DNA of 64,000 nt, from contig DELZ01000005.1 in assembly GCA_002354635.1 (NCBI GenBank), positions 40,626 through 104,625 of the forward strand, written 5' to 3'. A program made the translations under genes and the position numbers. Numbering within the stretch: the stretch's first letter is position 1; every line of letters begins with the position of its first letter. Positions 1 through 8,931 of the stretch are shown here, one piece after another. Origin of the DNA: Sphingomonadales bacterium UBA2683 (GTDB lineage Bacteria; Pseudomonadota; Alphaproteobacteria; Sphingomonadales; Sphingomonadaceae). The notes below the pieces were generated by a model, which had not been told where the DNA came from, ran no database searches, and saw nothing but the letters and a program-made list of their open reading frames with translations.

Positions 1-2
1 AA

Positions 3-1520
3 ATAACCGGGCGGAGTGGGAAAGAAGTTTCGCCTTTCACGCGTAAACCGCTGAATATTGAATATCCCGTAAGCGATCCCGCCGCTCTGATCAGCGCGGC
101 GCAAGAAGCGATGGAAGACTGGCGCAAGCTGGCATATGAAACGCGCGTTGCGCTCTGCCTGGAAATAGCACAGCGGCTTTATGCTCGCAATTTCGAGATG
201 GCGCACAGCGTCATGCATGTTGCGGGGCAGAGCTACACGCAAGCCTTCAGCGGCAGCGGTCCCAATGCACTGGATCGGGGTATCGAGGCGCTGGCCTATG
301 CGGCCAAGGCGATGCGCGATGTGCTGCCGGCGGTAAGATGGGACCGGACTTTTGGCAAAGAAGATGTGTCGCTCGATAAGCGATACACGATCGTCCCGCG
401 TGGAATCGGTCTTGTCATCTGCTGCGCCTCCTTCCCGACATGGAATGCCTATCCGGCGATGTTCGCGAGTCTGGCTACCGGCAATCCGGTGATCGTGAAA
501 CCACACCCGATTGCGATATTGCCCATGGCGATTGTGGTGCAGGAATGCCGTAAAACATTATCCGAATATGGCTGTGATCCTAATCTTGTTACCATTGCAA
601 TTGATACTCTTGATGCCCCTGTTGCCCAACGATTCATCGATGACCCAGCCGTTCAAATTATCGACTTCACCGGCAGTTCGCGTTATGGTGGCCATCTGGA
701 GCGCACCGTCACTGGCAAGCTGCTCTTCACCGAAACCGCGGGGATCAATTCGGTGGTGCTTGAAAGCTGCGTCGATCTCGACGCAACTGCGTTGGCCATT
801 GCCCGTGCGACCTGCCTCTTCTCGGCGCAAATGTGCACTAGCCCGCAAAATGTCTACGTCCCTGCTGGTGGCATTGACACCGCCGATGGCCACAAATCCT
901 TCGAAGAAGTCGCGTCCGCCCTTGTCGCTGCAATCGACAATATTGCTGACAACCCGTCAGTTGCCGCCGGTATTATGGGCGCTGTACAGGCCGGCCCCAG
1001 TTGTGACTTGGTCCGCCGGATCGAGGAACGCGCTGCGCAAAATCCCGGTGCAAAAATCCTCAGGCGGCCAGCCCCCTATCCGCATCCTGACTATCCCGAC
1101 GCACGGACAATGACTCCGCTGGTTGTCGCGCTCACCGCTGGAAACGCCGCGTTGTATGCAGAAGAACATTTCGGCCCAGTGATGTTCGTGATCGCAGCGC
1201 CAGATGGCGATGCGGCGGTAGCCGAGGCAACCGCGCTTGCACGACAGCATGGAGCGATTTCATCATACCTCTATTCGACAGACGAAGCCTTTATAGACCG
1301 TTCACTCGATGCCTATGAAACAAGCGGGATGAACCTCTCCATCAATCTCCACGGCGCAATGTGGGCTAACTTCGCGGCGGCCTATAGCGACTATCATGTG
1401 ACTGGCCTCAACCCAGCGGGTAATGCCTGTCTTGCTGATCTCGCCTTTGTCGCGGGCCGGTTCCGCATCGTCCAGCACCGTCGTCCCGCTGTAAAAGAGG
1501 ACGAGTCCCATGCCCCATGA
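3..1520 (+). CDS. Aldehyde dehydrogenase family protein, PaaN-like (5' end lies outside the window)
   Basis: Frame is open from position 3 (ITGRSGKEVSPF...EYP). ALDH motifs IIDFTGS, FTETAGINSV, catalytic Cys in FSAQMCTSPQN, EEHFGP; GIGLVICCASFPTWNAYP is typical of PaaN. Confidence 0.85.
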   Translation: MTGRSGKEVSPFTRKPLNIEYPVSDPAALISAAQEAMEDWRKLAYETRVALCLEIAQRLYARNFEMAHSVMHVAGQSYTQAFSGSGPNALDRGIEALAYAAKAMRDVLPAVRWDRTFGKEDVSLDKRYTIVPRGIGLVICCASFPTWNAYPAMFASLATGNPVIVKPHPIAILPMAIVVQECRKTLSEYGCDPNLVTIAIDTLDAPVAQRFIDDPAVQIIDFTGSSRYGGHLERTVTGKLLFTETAGINSVVLESCVDLDATALAIARATCLFSAQMCTSPQNVYVPAGGIDTADGHKSFEEVASALVAAIDNIADNPSVAAGIMGAVQAGPSCDLVRRIEERAAQNPGAKILRRPAPYPHPDYPDARTMTPLVVALTAGNAALYAEEHFGPVMFVIAAPDGDAAVAEATALARQHGAISSYLYSTDEAFIDRSLDAYETSGMNLSINLHGAMWANFAAAYSDYHVTGLNPAGNACLADLAFVAGRFRIVQHRRPAVKEDESHAP

Positions 1521-1941
1521 TCCAGCGGATTTCGTCGGCGCGTGGAGCTTAGTCGACTGGCGGATCGAATATGCTGATGGCAATGAAACCAGACCGTTCG
1601 GCTATGGTGCGCGGGGATACATCATCTATTCCGCCGACGGCACGATGACTGCATGTATCGCAAAGGTTCGTCGCGACAGTTTCGGTATCGCTAATGCCCG
1701 TAACGCCAGCGCAGATCAAAAGGCGGAAGCCTTTGACAGCTACTTCCATTACGCCGGCCCTTGGCGGATTGAGAATGAGGAAGTGGTGCACGCGGTCACC
1801 ATGTCGCTCAATCCCGACATGGCTGGCACCGAGCAACGCCGGCTCGCCGAGTTCGATGGCGAAGGCGACCTGACGCTTTCTGCCAGGGAGGCCTTAAACA
1901 ACGGCGGCATCCGCCATCACGTCCTGCAATGGACACGATAG
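1510..1941 (+). CDS. Lipocalin-like domain protein
   Basis: N-terminal FVGAWSLVDW, GYIIYSADGTM, YFHYAGPW, VVHAVTMSLNP; overlaps the ALDH stop. Confidence 0.75.
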   Translation: MPHDPADFVGAWSLVDWRIEYADGNETRPFGYGARGYIIYSADGTMTACIAKVRRDSFGIANARNASADQKAEAFDSYFHYAGPWRIENEEVVHAVTMSLNPDMAGTEQRRLAEFDGEGDLTLSAREALNNGGIRHHVLQWTR

Positions 1942-2154
1942 TGGTAATTCGGTTGGTTTGCCTATCGCTGGCCGACCGTTGGTGATCTATCGGACGGCAT
2001 GATACGCGTTTGTAACTGGAGCGCCGAAACGATATAGGTTGAGCAGCCTAGTTTCAAGGTATGGGCCACACAAATGATGTTTTTCTGGCGATGCGGTCTG
2101 TTTACCGCATTTTTGACTTGGGGCGCGTTGCTGCTGAAATACCCAACTGTATTG

Positions 2155-2220
2155 AACGTCCGGTTTTAGATTCGGGTAAATCGTTAGCGGACGACCGAAA
2201 TTAGGGCGGAAGCGGCCATT
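2155..2220. repeat. Degenerate palindromic element (GTCCG...CGGAC type) at the edge of the ALDH segment
   Basis: cgtccggt...agcggacg imperfect inverted repeat, followed by gaccgaaattagggcggaagcggcc. Confidence 0.35.
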
Positions 2221-2243
2221 CCGGGCAAGTCGGCAACCCTTCC

Positions 2244-3662
2244 CTATGTCCCGAACCGCCCCTGCAAGTATCGCCAGCTCGCCCTCAGCCCCAGCGCTTC
2301 GCCGCCCTGCGGCCGTCCGGGCTTGGCCGCCGGTCGCCAGGCAAAGGTATCAAAATGCGCCCAGGGCACGGATTCCGGGGTAAATTTCTTCAAAAACAGC
2401 GCCGCCGTGATGCAGCCGGCAAAGCTGCCGGAAGCGCTATTCACGCAGTCGGCGATCGGGCTGCTCAGCATCGCATCATAGCCGGACCACAAGGGCATCT
2501 GCCACAGCGGATCGCTTTCCGCCTCGCCGGCCTGCAGCAGGCCGTCGGCCATCTCCCGGTCGTCGCAGAACATCGCCGGCAGATCCGGACCCAGAGCCAC
2601 CCGGGCCGCGCCGGTCAGCGTCGCGAAATCGATAATCAGCTCCGGCTCGTCCTCGCCGGCCAGAGTCAGCGCGTCACCCAGCACCAGCCGGCCTTCGGCA
2701 TCGGTATTGGTCACTTCCACGGTCAGTCCCTTGCGGCTGTTCAATATGTCGCCGGGGCGCAAAGCGTTACCATCAACGGAATTCTCTACCGCCGGCACCA
2801 GCAGGTGCAGCCTGACCGGCAGATTTGCCTCCATCACCAGCCGGGCCAGCGCGATGGCGTGGGCGGCCCCGCCCATATCCTTCTTCATCAGCAGCATGCC
2901 GGCGGCCGATTTCATCGACAGCCCGCCGCTGTCGAAGCAGACGCCCTTGCCGACGATGGCGATCTTCGGATCGTCCGCCTTGCCCCATTTCAGCTCGATC
3001 AGCCGCGGCGCATGGGCGCGCATCGCCGCCTTGCCGACGCCGTGGATCATTGGAAAATGCTCTTCCAGCGTGTCGCCGCGAGTCACTTTCAGTTCGCCGC
3101 CATGTTTCTCGGCCAGCTTGTCGACGATCTCTTCCAGCCGGTCCGGCCCCATGTCGGCGGCCGGCGTATTGACCATGTCCCGGACCATCGCGGTCGCTTC
3201 GGCTTGCCGTACCGCCTCGTCCTTCTGCGCGATGGCGTCCTTGACCAGCAGTACGCTCGGCCCCTGCCGGTCGGGCAGGGCCTTGTAGCGATCAAACTCA
3301 TGCTGCGAAATCAGCCAGCCGAATAACGCGCCCTTGGCGCTTGTTTCGTGCAATCGATAATGTCCTTCGGGGAGACCGCCACCCAGTCTGGCCAGCGACC
3401 ACGCATCAAGCCTGTCCTGATCCGCCACCCCGGCGACCACCGAATAATCGGTAGCGATCGTCTTGTCGTCGCCCTTGCCGCCAGCCGCAGGCAGCAGGAC
3501 ATGGGAATCGGCCTTGCCGGTAAACTGGGCGGCCGTGATCATGGCCCGGACCGAATCCGGTTGCCCCTTCAGCCAGTCTTCAAAATGCGCTGAATCCACG
3601 ATCTGGATAGTGCGCGCGGTCTGGCCGCTGTCAGCCTCGATCAATGCCTTAAAATCAGTCAT
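2244..3662 (-). CDS. M17 leucyl aminopeptidase family protein
   Basis: VGKGVCFDSGGLSMK, KKDMGGAA, NTDAEGRL, DFATLTGA signatures. Confidence 0.95.
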   Translation of the reverse strand: MTDFKALIEADSGQTARTIQIVDSAHFEDWLKGQPDSVRAMITAAQFTGKADSHVLLPAAGGKGDDKTIATDYSVVAGVADQDRLDAWSLARLGGGLPEGHYRLHETSAKGALFGWLISQHEFDRYKALPDRQGPSVLLVKDAIAQKDEAVRQAEATAMVRDMVNTPAADMGPDRLEEIVDKLAEKHGGELKVTRGDTLEEHFPMIHGVGKAAMRAHAPRLIELKWGKADDPKIAIVGKGVCFDSGGLSMKSAAGMLLMKKDMGGAAHAIALARLVMEANLPVRLHLLVPAVENSVDGNALRPGDILNSRKGLTVEVTNTDAEGRLVLGDALTLAGEDEPELIIDFATLTGAARVALGPDLPAMFCDDREMADGLLQAGEAESDPLWQMPLWSGYDAMLSSPIADCVNSASGSFAGCITAALFLKKFTPESVPWAHFDTFAWRPAAKPGRPQGGEALGLRASWRYLQGRFGT

Positions 3663-3701
3663 TTGATCGCTATAGCTACAGATGATGCCCAGCGCGAGAG
3701 T

Positions 3702-5216
3702 CTATTCCGCAGCGATCGCCTCGACCTCGTCCCGCTCCGCCGGCCGGCTGCTTGTGACCGGCCCGGGCTTGGAGAAGACAATCACGCCGTCATCGACCGC
3801 CTTGTGCCGCAGATTGATGATATCCTTGGGAAAATTCTGGTTCAGACGCCATGGTTTGCGATCGCCCTGTTTCGGCAGATGCGCGATTGCCCGCTGCACA
3901 TAGCCGGAACTGAAGTCGAGCATCGGCTCGGTCCCCATTTCCTCGCCGGCCGGCAGCGTCGGGGTCGCGATCGGCGTGCCCTTGCGGTCCATGGTGTTGA
4001 TCAGCCGGCAGACATATTCGCTGGTCAGATCGGCCTTCAGCGTCCAGCTGGCATTGGTATAACCCATGGTCATCCCGAAATTGGGAATGCCGGAGAACAT
4101 CACGCCTTTGTAGTTGATCGTCTCGCCAAAATTGACCGGCTTGCCATCGACCGAAATGACCGCATTGCCGCCGGTCAGCATTTTCAGTCCGGTGGCAGTA
4201 ACGATGATATCCGCCTCCAGCACCTTGCCGGATTTCAGCTTGATCCCGTCTTTGCTAAATCTCTCGACATGATCGGTGACGATTCCCGCCTTGCCCGCCT
4301 TGATCGAATCAAACAGATCGCTGTCGGGCACCAGACATAGCCGCTGGTCCCACGGATTGTAGCTCGGCGTATAATCGGCCATGTTGACGTCCGGACCCAT
4401 TTCCTCGCGCACCATTTCCAGCAGCCGGCCCTTGAACGCCGCCGGCTTCTTGCGGGCGAGGTTGAACATGAACAGGCCCATCAAGACGTTTTTCCAGCGG
4501 GTCAGCAGATAGGCCAGCTTCGCCGGCAGGAATTTGCGCAGCCGCAGCGCCCATTTGTCCTCGCCCGGCCGCGACACGATATAGGTCGGGGACCGTTGCA
4601 ACATCGTCACATGTGCCGCCGTTTGTGCCATCGACGGAACCAGCGTCACCGCCGTCGCGCCGCTGCCGATCACCACCACTTTCTTGCCCGCATAGTCAAG
4701 CTCATCGGGCCAGAATTGCGGGTGGACTATCGGCCCGGCGAAATCCGCCTTGCCGGGAAAATCCGGATCATGACCCTCGTCATAGCTGTAATAGCCGGAA
4801 CACATGTGGAGGAAATTGCATCGCACCGTGCTGAGCGAGCCGTCACCCTGCTGCAGGCTCACCGTCCACAGCGCCTCTTCGCTCGACCAGTTGGCATCGA
4901 CCACCTTGTGGTTGAACCGGATCTTGTCCTCCAGGCCATATTCGTCGACCGTTTCGTGGAGATAGGTCAGGATCGACGGCGCATCGGCAATCGCCCGGCG
5001 CGCGGTCCAGGGTTTGAAATTATAGCCGAGCGTATACATGTCGCTGTCGGAGCGGATACCGGGATATTTGAACAGGTCCCAGGTGCCGCCAAGCCGCTCG
5101 CGCGCCTCGACGATGGCGAAGCTTTTGCCCGGGCATCGCTTGGTCAGGTGAACCGCTGCGCCAATACCGGACAGGCCGGCACCGACGATCAATATGTCGA
5201 GAATTTCATTTTCCAT
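3702..5216 (-). CDS. Flavin-containing (Baeyer-Villiger, EthA-like) monooxygenase
   Basis: GAGLSG FAD motif, GGTWDLFKYPGIRSDSD, BVMO fingerprint FAGPIVHPQFWP, GSGATA NADPH motif. Confidence 0.93.
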   Translation of the reverse strand: MENEILDILIVGAGLSGIGAAVHLTKRCPGKSFAIVEARERLGGTWDLFKYPGIRSDSDMYTLGYNFKPWTARRAIADAPSILTYLHETVDEYGLEDKIRFNHKVVDANWSSEEALWTVSLQQGDGSLSTVRCNFLHMCSGYYSYDEGHDPDFPGKADFAGPIVHPQFWPDELDYAGKKVVVIGSGATAVTLVPSMAQTAAHVTMLQRSPTYIVSRPGEDKWALRLRKFLPAKLAYLLTRWKNVLMGLFMFNLARKKPAAFKGRLLEMVREEMGPDVNMADYTPSYNPWDQRLCLVPDSDLFDSIKAGKAGIVTDHVERFSKDGIKLKSGKVLEADIIVTATGLKMLTGGNAVISVDGKPVNFGETINYKGVMFSGIPNFGMTMGYTNASWTLKADLTSEYVCRLINTMDRKGTPIATPTLPAGEEMGTEPMLDFSSGYVQRAIAHLPKQGDRKPWRLNQNFPKDIINLRHKAVDDGVIVFSKPGPVTSSRPAERDEVEAIAAE

Positions 5217-5228
5217 GCCGCCCTATTA

Positions 5229-5244
5229 CTGACATTGATGTCAG
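5229..5244. promoter_or_regulatory. Perfect 7-bp inverted repeat CTGACAT-TG-ATGTCAG, candidate repressor operator
   Basis: Sits 13 bp upstream of the monooxygenase ATG at 5216. Confidence 0.4.
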
Positions 5245-5268
5245 CTGGCAAGGCAGGTTTCGCATCGA

Positions 5269-5601
5269 CTATTCGCTGATCAGCGTCAGGCCCCGGAACA
5301 GTACCTGGTCCAGCCTTTCGTCAAAGCGGCAGCCGACATGGCCATCGCGGCACCACATCGCGGTGGCGGCGATCGGGTGACTGCCTTCGAACCGCAACCA
5401 GAGGCGGCTGCCCTCGGCGAACCGGCTGTTGATCGAAATCCGGCAACCGTAGATGGAAACATCGATCAGCTGTCCCGTCTTGGCCGCTTTGCCATGCTGC
5501 CTGACCGTGGCCGGCTGAATCTCGACGGGATGACGATAGACCTTTCGCTGTTCGATCAGCGCCGGTTTTACCGCCCGGTATCGCGAATTCATATATCCCA
5601 T
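5269..5601 (-). CDS. Single-domain PilZ protein
   Basis: RKVYR (RxxxR) and DVSIYG (DxSxxG) c-di-GMP motifs; GCRF near the C-terminus. Confidence 0.85.
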   Translation of the reverse strand: MGYMNSRYRAVKPALIEQRKVYRHPVEIQPATVRQHGKAAKTGQLIDVSIYGCRISINSRFAEGSRLWLRFEGSHPIAATAMWCRDGHVGCRFDERLDQVLFRGLTLISE

Positions 5602-5640
5602 AGCTAGCCCCTCGCTGGACGGGGGTTTAGCGAATTCTGC

Positions 5641-5655
5641 TCAACAAATCGTTAA
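5641..5655 (-). promoter_or_regulatory. Near-consensus CtrA box (TTAA-N7-TTGA)
   Basis: Minus strand reads TTAA-CGATTTG-TTGA, 40 bp upstream of the PilZ gene; one mismatch to TTAA-N7-TTAA. Confidence 0.35.
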
Positions 5656-5690
5656 GCAAGGGATTGCAGGAAAAGCTGGCCGGAAAGCTA

Positions 5691-7220
5691 CTATTCTGCC
5701 GCTTCGAGCGCCGGCTCGCTGTCGCCCGTAGCCCGATTCGAATTGGGACCGTAAAACCGGATCACACCGTCGTCGACCGGCTCGTTGAGCAGGACATTCT
5801 TGTCGAACAAATAATCCTGGTTGAGCTTCCACGGCATCGCCGTGCTGTTACGCGGCAATTCGCTGATCGAGCGCTGGATATAGCCGGAGGAAAAATCGAA
5901 CAGCTCTTCCTGCTCGAGCTCCTTGTCCAGTACCGGATTGGCGATCCGGGTCGAGGTCGCGTCCATATGATTGATCACCCGACAGGCAAATTCCGACACG
6001 ATATCCGCCTTCAGCGTCCACGACGCATTGAGATAGCCGAACACGATCGCCAGATTGGGAATGTCGGAGAACATGCAGCCCTTGTAGTAATAATGGTCCG
6101 GCCAGTGCACCGGCTTGCCGTCAACCGAGAAGGCGACCTTGCCGGCCACAGCCAGCTTCAGCCCCGTCGCGGTGACGATCACGTCGGCATCGATCACCTC
6201 GCCCGATTTCAGGGTGATGCCGTTCTCGGTCACCGTTTCGATATGGCCGGTTTTCAGATCGGCCCGGCCGGCGGCAATCGCCTTGAACATGTCGCCATCC
6301 GGCACCAGGCACAGCCGCTGCTCCCAAGGACCGTAGGGCGGTGTGTAATCTTCCTTCACATATTTGTCGCCGAGCTCTTTCTTCATCGGCTTTTCGAGCT
6401 TCTGGATCACCTTCTCCGGATTGTCCCGCGCGGTGCGGAAGGTGAGATCCTGCATCTTCACATTCTTCCAGCGGGTGATCTTGTACGCCCATTTTTCCGG
6501 TAATATCTTGCGCAGGATATTGGCGATCCGGTCTTTCGAAGGGGCCGAGGCATACCAGGTCGGCGTGCGCTGCAGCATCGTCACATGGCTGGCCTTTTCC
6601 GCCAGCACCGGCACGATCGTCACGGCGGTCGCGCCGCTGCCGATGATCACGATCTTCTTGTCCGCATAGTCGAAATCCTTGGGCCAGAATTGCGGGTGTA
6701 CCACCTCGCCCTTGAAATTGCCGAGCCCCTCGATCTGCGCGTCATAGGGATTGTCATAATCATAATAGCCGGCGCCCATATAGACGAAATTGGCGTGCAG
6801 CGTGGCGTGGCTGCCGTCGGATTTCTCCGCCGTCACCGTCCAGCGGGCGTCCTCGCTCGACCAGCTCGCCGACAGCACCTTGTGGCCGAAACGGATATGC
6901 TTTTCCAGATCATGCTTGGCCTTGATCCGGTGGAGATAGTTCATGATCGAGGGGCCGTCGGCAATCGCCTTCTGCTCGGTCCACGGCTCGAACTTGAAAC
7001 CCAATGTGTGCATGTCGCTGTCGCTGCGGATGCCGGGATATTGGAACAGGTTCCAGGTGCCGCCGATCTCGTCGCGTCGCTCGACGATCGCGAAGCTCTT
7101 GCCCGGACATTTGTCGCGCAGATGCACCGCCATGCCGATGCCCGAAATCCCGGCCCCCACGATCAGCACGTCGACCGATTCGGTTGCCGTTTCCTGCTTG
7201 CTTGCGATTTGCGTAGCCAT
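5691..7220 (-). CDS. Flavin-containing (Baeyer-Villiger, EthA-like) monooxygenase, paralog
   Basis: GAGISG, GGTWNLFQYPGIRSDSD, FKGEVVHPQFWP, GSGATA. Confidence 0.93.
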   Translation of the reverse strand: MATQIASKQETATESVDVLIVGAGISGIGMAVHLRDKCPGKSFAIVERRDEIGGTWNLFQYPGIRSDSDMHTLGFKFEPWTEQKAIADGPSIMNYLHRIKAKHDLEKHIRFGHKVLSASWSSEDARWTVTAEKSDGSHATLHANFVYMGAGYYDYDNPYDAQIEGLGNFKGEVVHPQFWPKDFDYADKKIVIIGSGATAVTIVPVLAEKASHVTMLQRTPTWYASAPSKDRIANILRKILPEKWAYKITRWKNVKMQDLTFRTARDNPEKVIQKLEKPMKKELGDKYVKEDYTPPYGPWEQRLCLVPDGDMFKAIAAGRADLKTGHIETVTENGITLKSGEVIDADVIVTATGLKLAVAGKVAFSVDGKPVHWPDHYYYKGCMFSDIPNLAIVFGYLNASWTLKADIVSEFACRVINHMDATSTRIANPVLDKELEQEELFDFSSGYIQRSISELPRNSTAMPWKLNQDYLFDKNVLLNEPVDDGVIRFYGPNSNRATGDSEPALEAAE

Positions 7221-7283
7221 ATGCCGTCTCTCCCAGCTTTTGCGGTCTTATGCCATCGCCGGCGATCAGTTGCAATCAGGGAT

Positions 7284-7299
7284 TTAACCGGGCGGTTAA
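7284..7299. promoter_or_regulatory. Palindrome TTAACCG-GG-CGGTTAA, candidate operator
   Basis: Perfect 7-bp arms, 64 bp upstream of the monooxygenase start at 7220. Confidence 0.35.
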
Positions 7300-7382
7300 G
7301 GGAGCCTTCCCCCTCCCGCAATAGGGTACTTAACAGCCCCGGCAAAGCGTGATAGCGCCGCCCCATCGAAACGCTGCTCCTC

Positions 7383-7751
7383 TTGACCGGCCTCGCCCTG
7401 GCGGGCGCGGGCCTCGCGCACCTGCTGCGCAGCGACCTGCCGTTCATCCGCGGCGAGACCCGCCGCGTGCCCGCCCAGATCATCCGCCACCAGATCACCC
7501 GCCGCGGCGGCGCCACCCTGTACAGCGCGGTCCTGCTGGTCCCGGACGAGCGCGGCGGCTTTATCGAGGTCCGCGACCCGCTGACCACGCCCTTCCCGAC
7601 CCCGGTGATCGGCGAGCGGCTGACCATCGTCCACCCCGCGGGCTTCCCGCGGCTGGCCCGCATCCCCTATCCCTGGTTCCGCGGCGGCGTCTATGCGCTG
7701 CTCGGCTATGTGCTGGTGGTGTGCGTGCTCGAGCTGACCGGCCTCGGCTGA
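7383..7751 (+). CDS. Small membrane protein (TM - beta-rich core - TM, DUF3592-like topology); start uncertain
   Basis: Hydrophobic N- and C-termini, high GC3. In-frame stops at 7350/7353 leave only a TTG/CTG start. Confidence 0.6.
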   Translation: MTGLALAGAGLAHLLRSDLPFIRGETRRVPAQIIRHQITRRGGATLYSAVLLVPDERGGFIEVRDPLTTPFPTPVIGERLTIVHPAGFPRLARIPYPWFRGGVYALLGYVLVVCVLELTGLG

Positions 7752-7791
7752 AGCCTTGGCTTGCACCCCGAAAAGCGGCTAGGGTGACCCG

Positions 7792-8418
7792 ATGACGGAA
7801 AAGCACGGCATCCCGATCACCCGCCAGGCGGCAACGGCAGAAAAAGCCGCAGAAATCCGCGCCGCGGTCGCCCGCACCACCACGCTCGGCTCCGGCGGCG
7901 ACTCGTCGCGCCTCGCCACCCCGGAGGATGCCGCGCGGTTCCACGCATTTCTCGAGGACCCGCGGATCCATGCCCCGATCTACACCCTGCCCCGCCCGCT
8001 GACCGTGGAGTCGGTGCGCGCCTTCATCGCCGGCCACCAGCGCGAGCGCGAACTGGGCACCGGCCTGCTGTTCCTCTCTTTCGACGAAGCCGGCCGGATC
8101 AGCGGCTACAGCGACCTGTGCCTCTGGCCCGAATGGGCGGCCGGCGAGCTCGGCGGCGCGATCCACCCCGACCGCCAGGGCCAGCGCCAGGGCAGCACCG
8201 GCGCCCGGCAGAGCTTCGCCTGGATGTTCACCCATCTCGGCCTCGACCTGATCTGCGAAACCGCCGCCCCCGACAATATCCGCACCGCCCAGCTGCTCGA
8301 CCATCTCGGCTTCCGCCGGATGGGCGAGATAGTGAGCCAGCGCCCGGACGGCACGACCAGGCCGTCGCTGGTCTGGGAGATCACCCGGGCGGAATGGGAG
8401 GAGCAGCACGGCGCATAA
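7792..8418 (+). CDS. GNAT N-acetyltransferase, RimJ/RimL type
   Basis: GELGGAIHPDRQGQRQG (acetyl-CoA loop), DNIRTAQLLDHLGF. Confidence 0.8.
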   Translation: MTEKHGIPITRQAATAEKAAEIRAAVARTTTLGSGGDSSRLATPEDAARFHAFLEDPRIHAPIYTLPRPLTVESVRAFIAGHQRERELGTGLLFLSFDEAGRISGYSDLCLWPEWAAGELGGAIHPDRQGQRQGSTGARQSFAWMFTHLGLDLICETAAPDNIRTAQLLDHLGFRRMGEIVSQRPDGTTRPSLVWEITRAEWEEQHGA

Positions 8419-8419
8419 A

Positions 8420-8643
8420 CCTTCTCCCGCGAGGGAGAAGGATACGAAGCCTTGTCGCCGAAGCGTCAGCGCAGGCGGCTAGGCGCAGTTGGATGAGGGT
8501 GTTCCGATGGTTGGTTGTTGCGGCGTGCTCGCGCAGTACACAGCCCTTCTCCCGTGAGGGAGAAGGATACGCAATCTTGTCGCCGGAGCGTCAGCGCAGG
8601 CGGCTAGATGGAGTTGGATGAGGGCGCTCTGATGGTTGGTTGC
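8420..8643. repeat. Two tandem ~100-bp REP-like units (period 125 bp), each starting with the hairpin CCTTCTCCC-N4-GGGAGAAGG
   Basis: Copies at 8420 and 8545 align along their length (gatacg..cttgtcgccg.agcgtcagcgcaggcggctag..gttggatgaggg..gatggttggtt). Confidence 0.9.
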
Positions 8644-8676
8644 CGTGCCGCCTCTCACAGAGCAATTCCGCCACTA

Positions 8677-8886
8677 CCCGACGAGCGCGGCGGCTTTATC
8701 GAGGTCGGCGATCCGCTGACCACGCCCGTCCGGGCCCCGGTGATCGGCGAGCGCCTGACCATCGTCCACCCCGCCGGCTACCCGGGCCTCGCGCGGATTC
8801 CCTATCCGTGGTTCCGCGGCGGGGTTTATGCCGGGCTGGGCTATTTGCTGGTGGTTTGCGTGCTGGGGGTCACGGGGCTGGGGTGA
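8677..8886 (+). pseudogene. 5'-truncated duplicate of the 3' 210 bp of the 7383-7751 gene
   Basis: 59/69 residues identical to 7542-7751 (PDERGGFIEV...TGLG*); upstream sequence is REP repeat. Confidence 0.85.
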
Positions 8887-8931
8887 GGCTTTTCACTTTA
8901 AAAAACGATACGAAGCATTGCGGCGTGTCGT

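Noticed and set aside
8420-8643. Direct repeats as a possible CRISPR array
   Set aside because: Only two ~100-bp units with long conserved bodies, no 30-40-bp repeat/spacer periodicity, and no cas genes.
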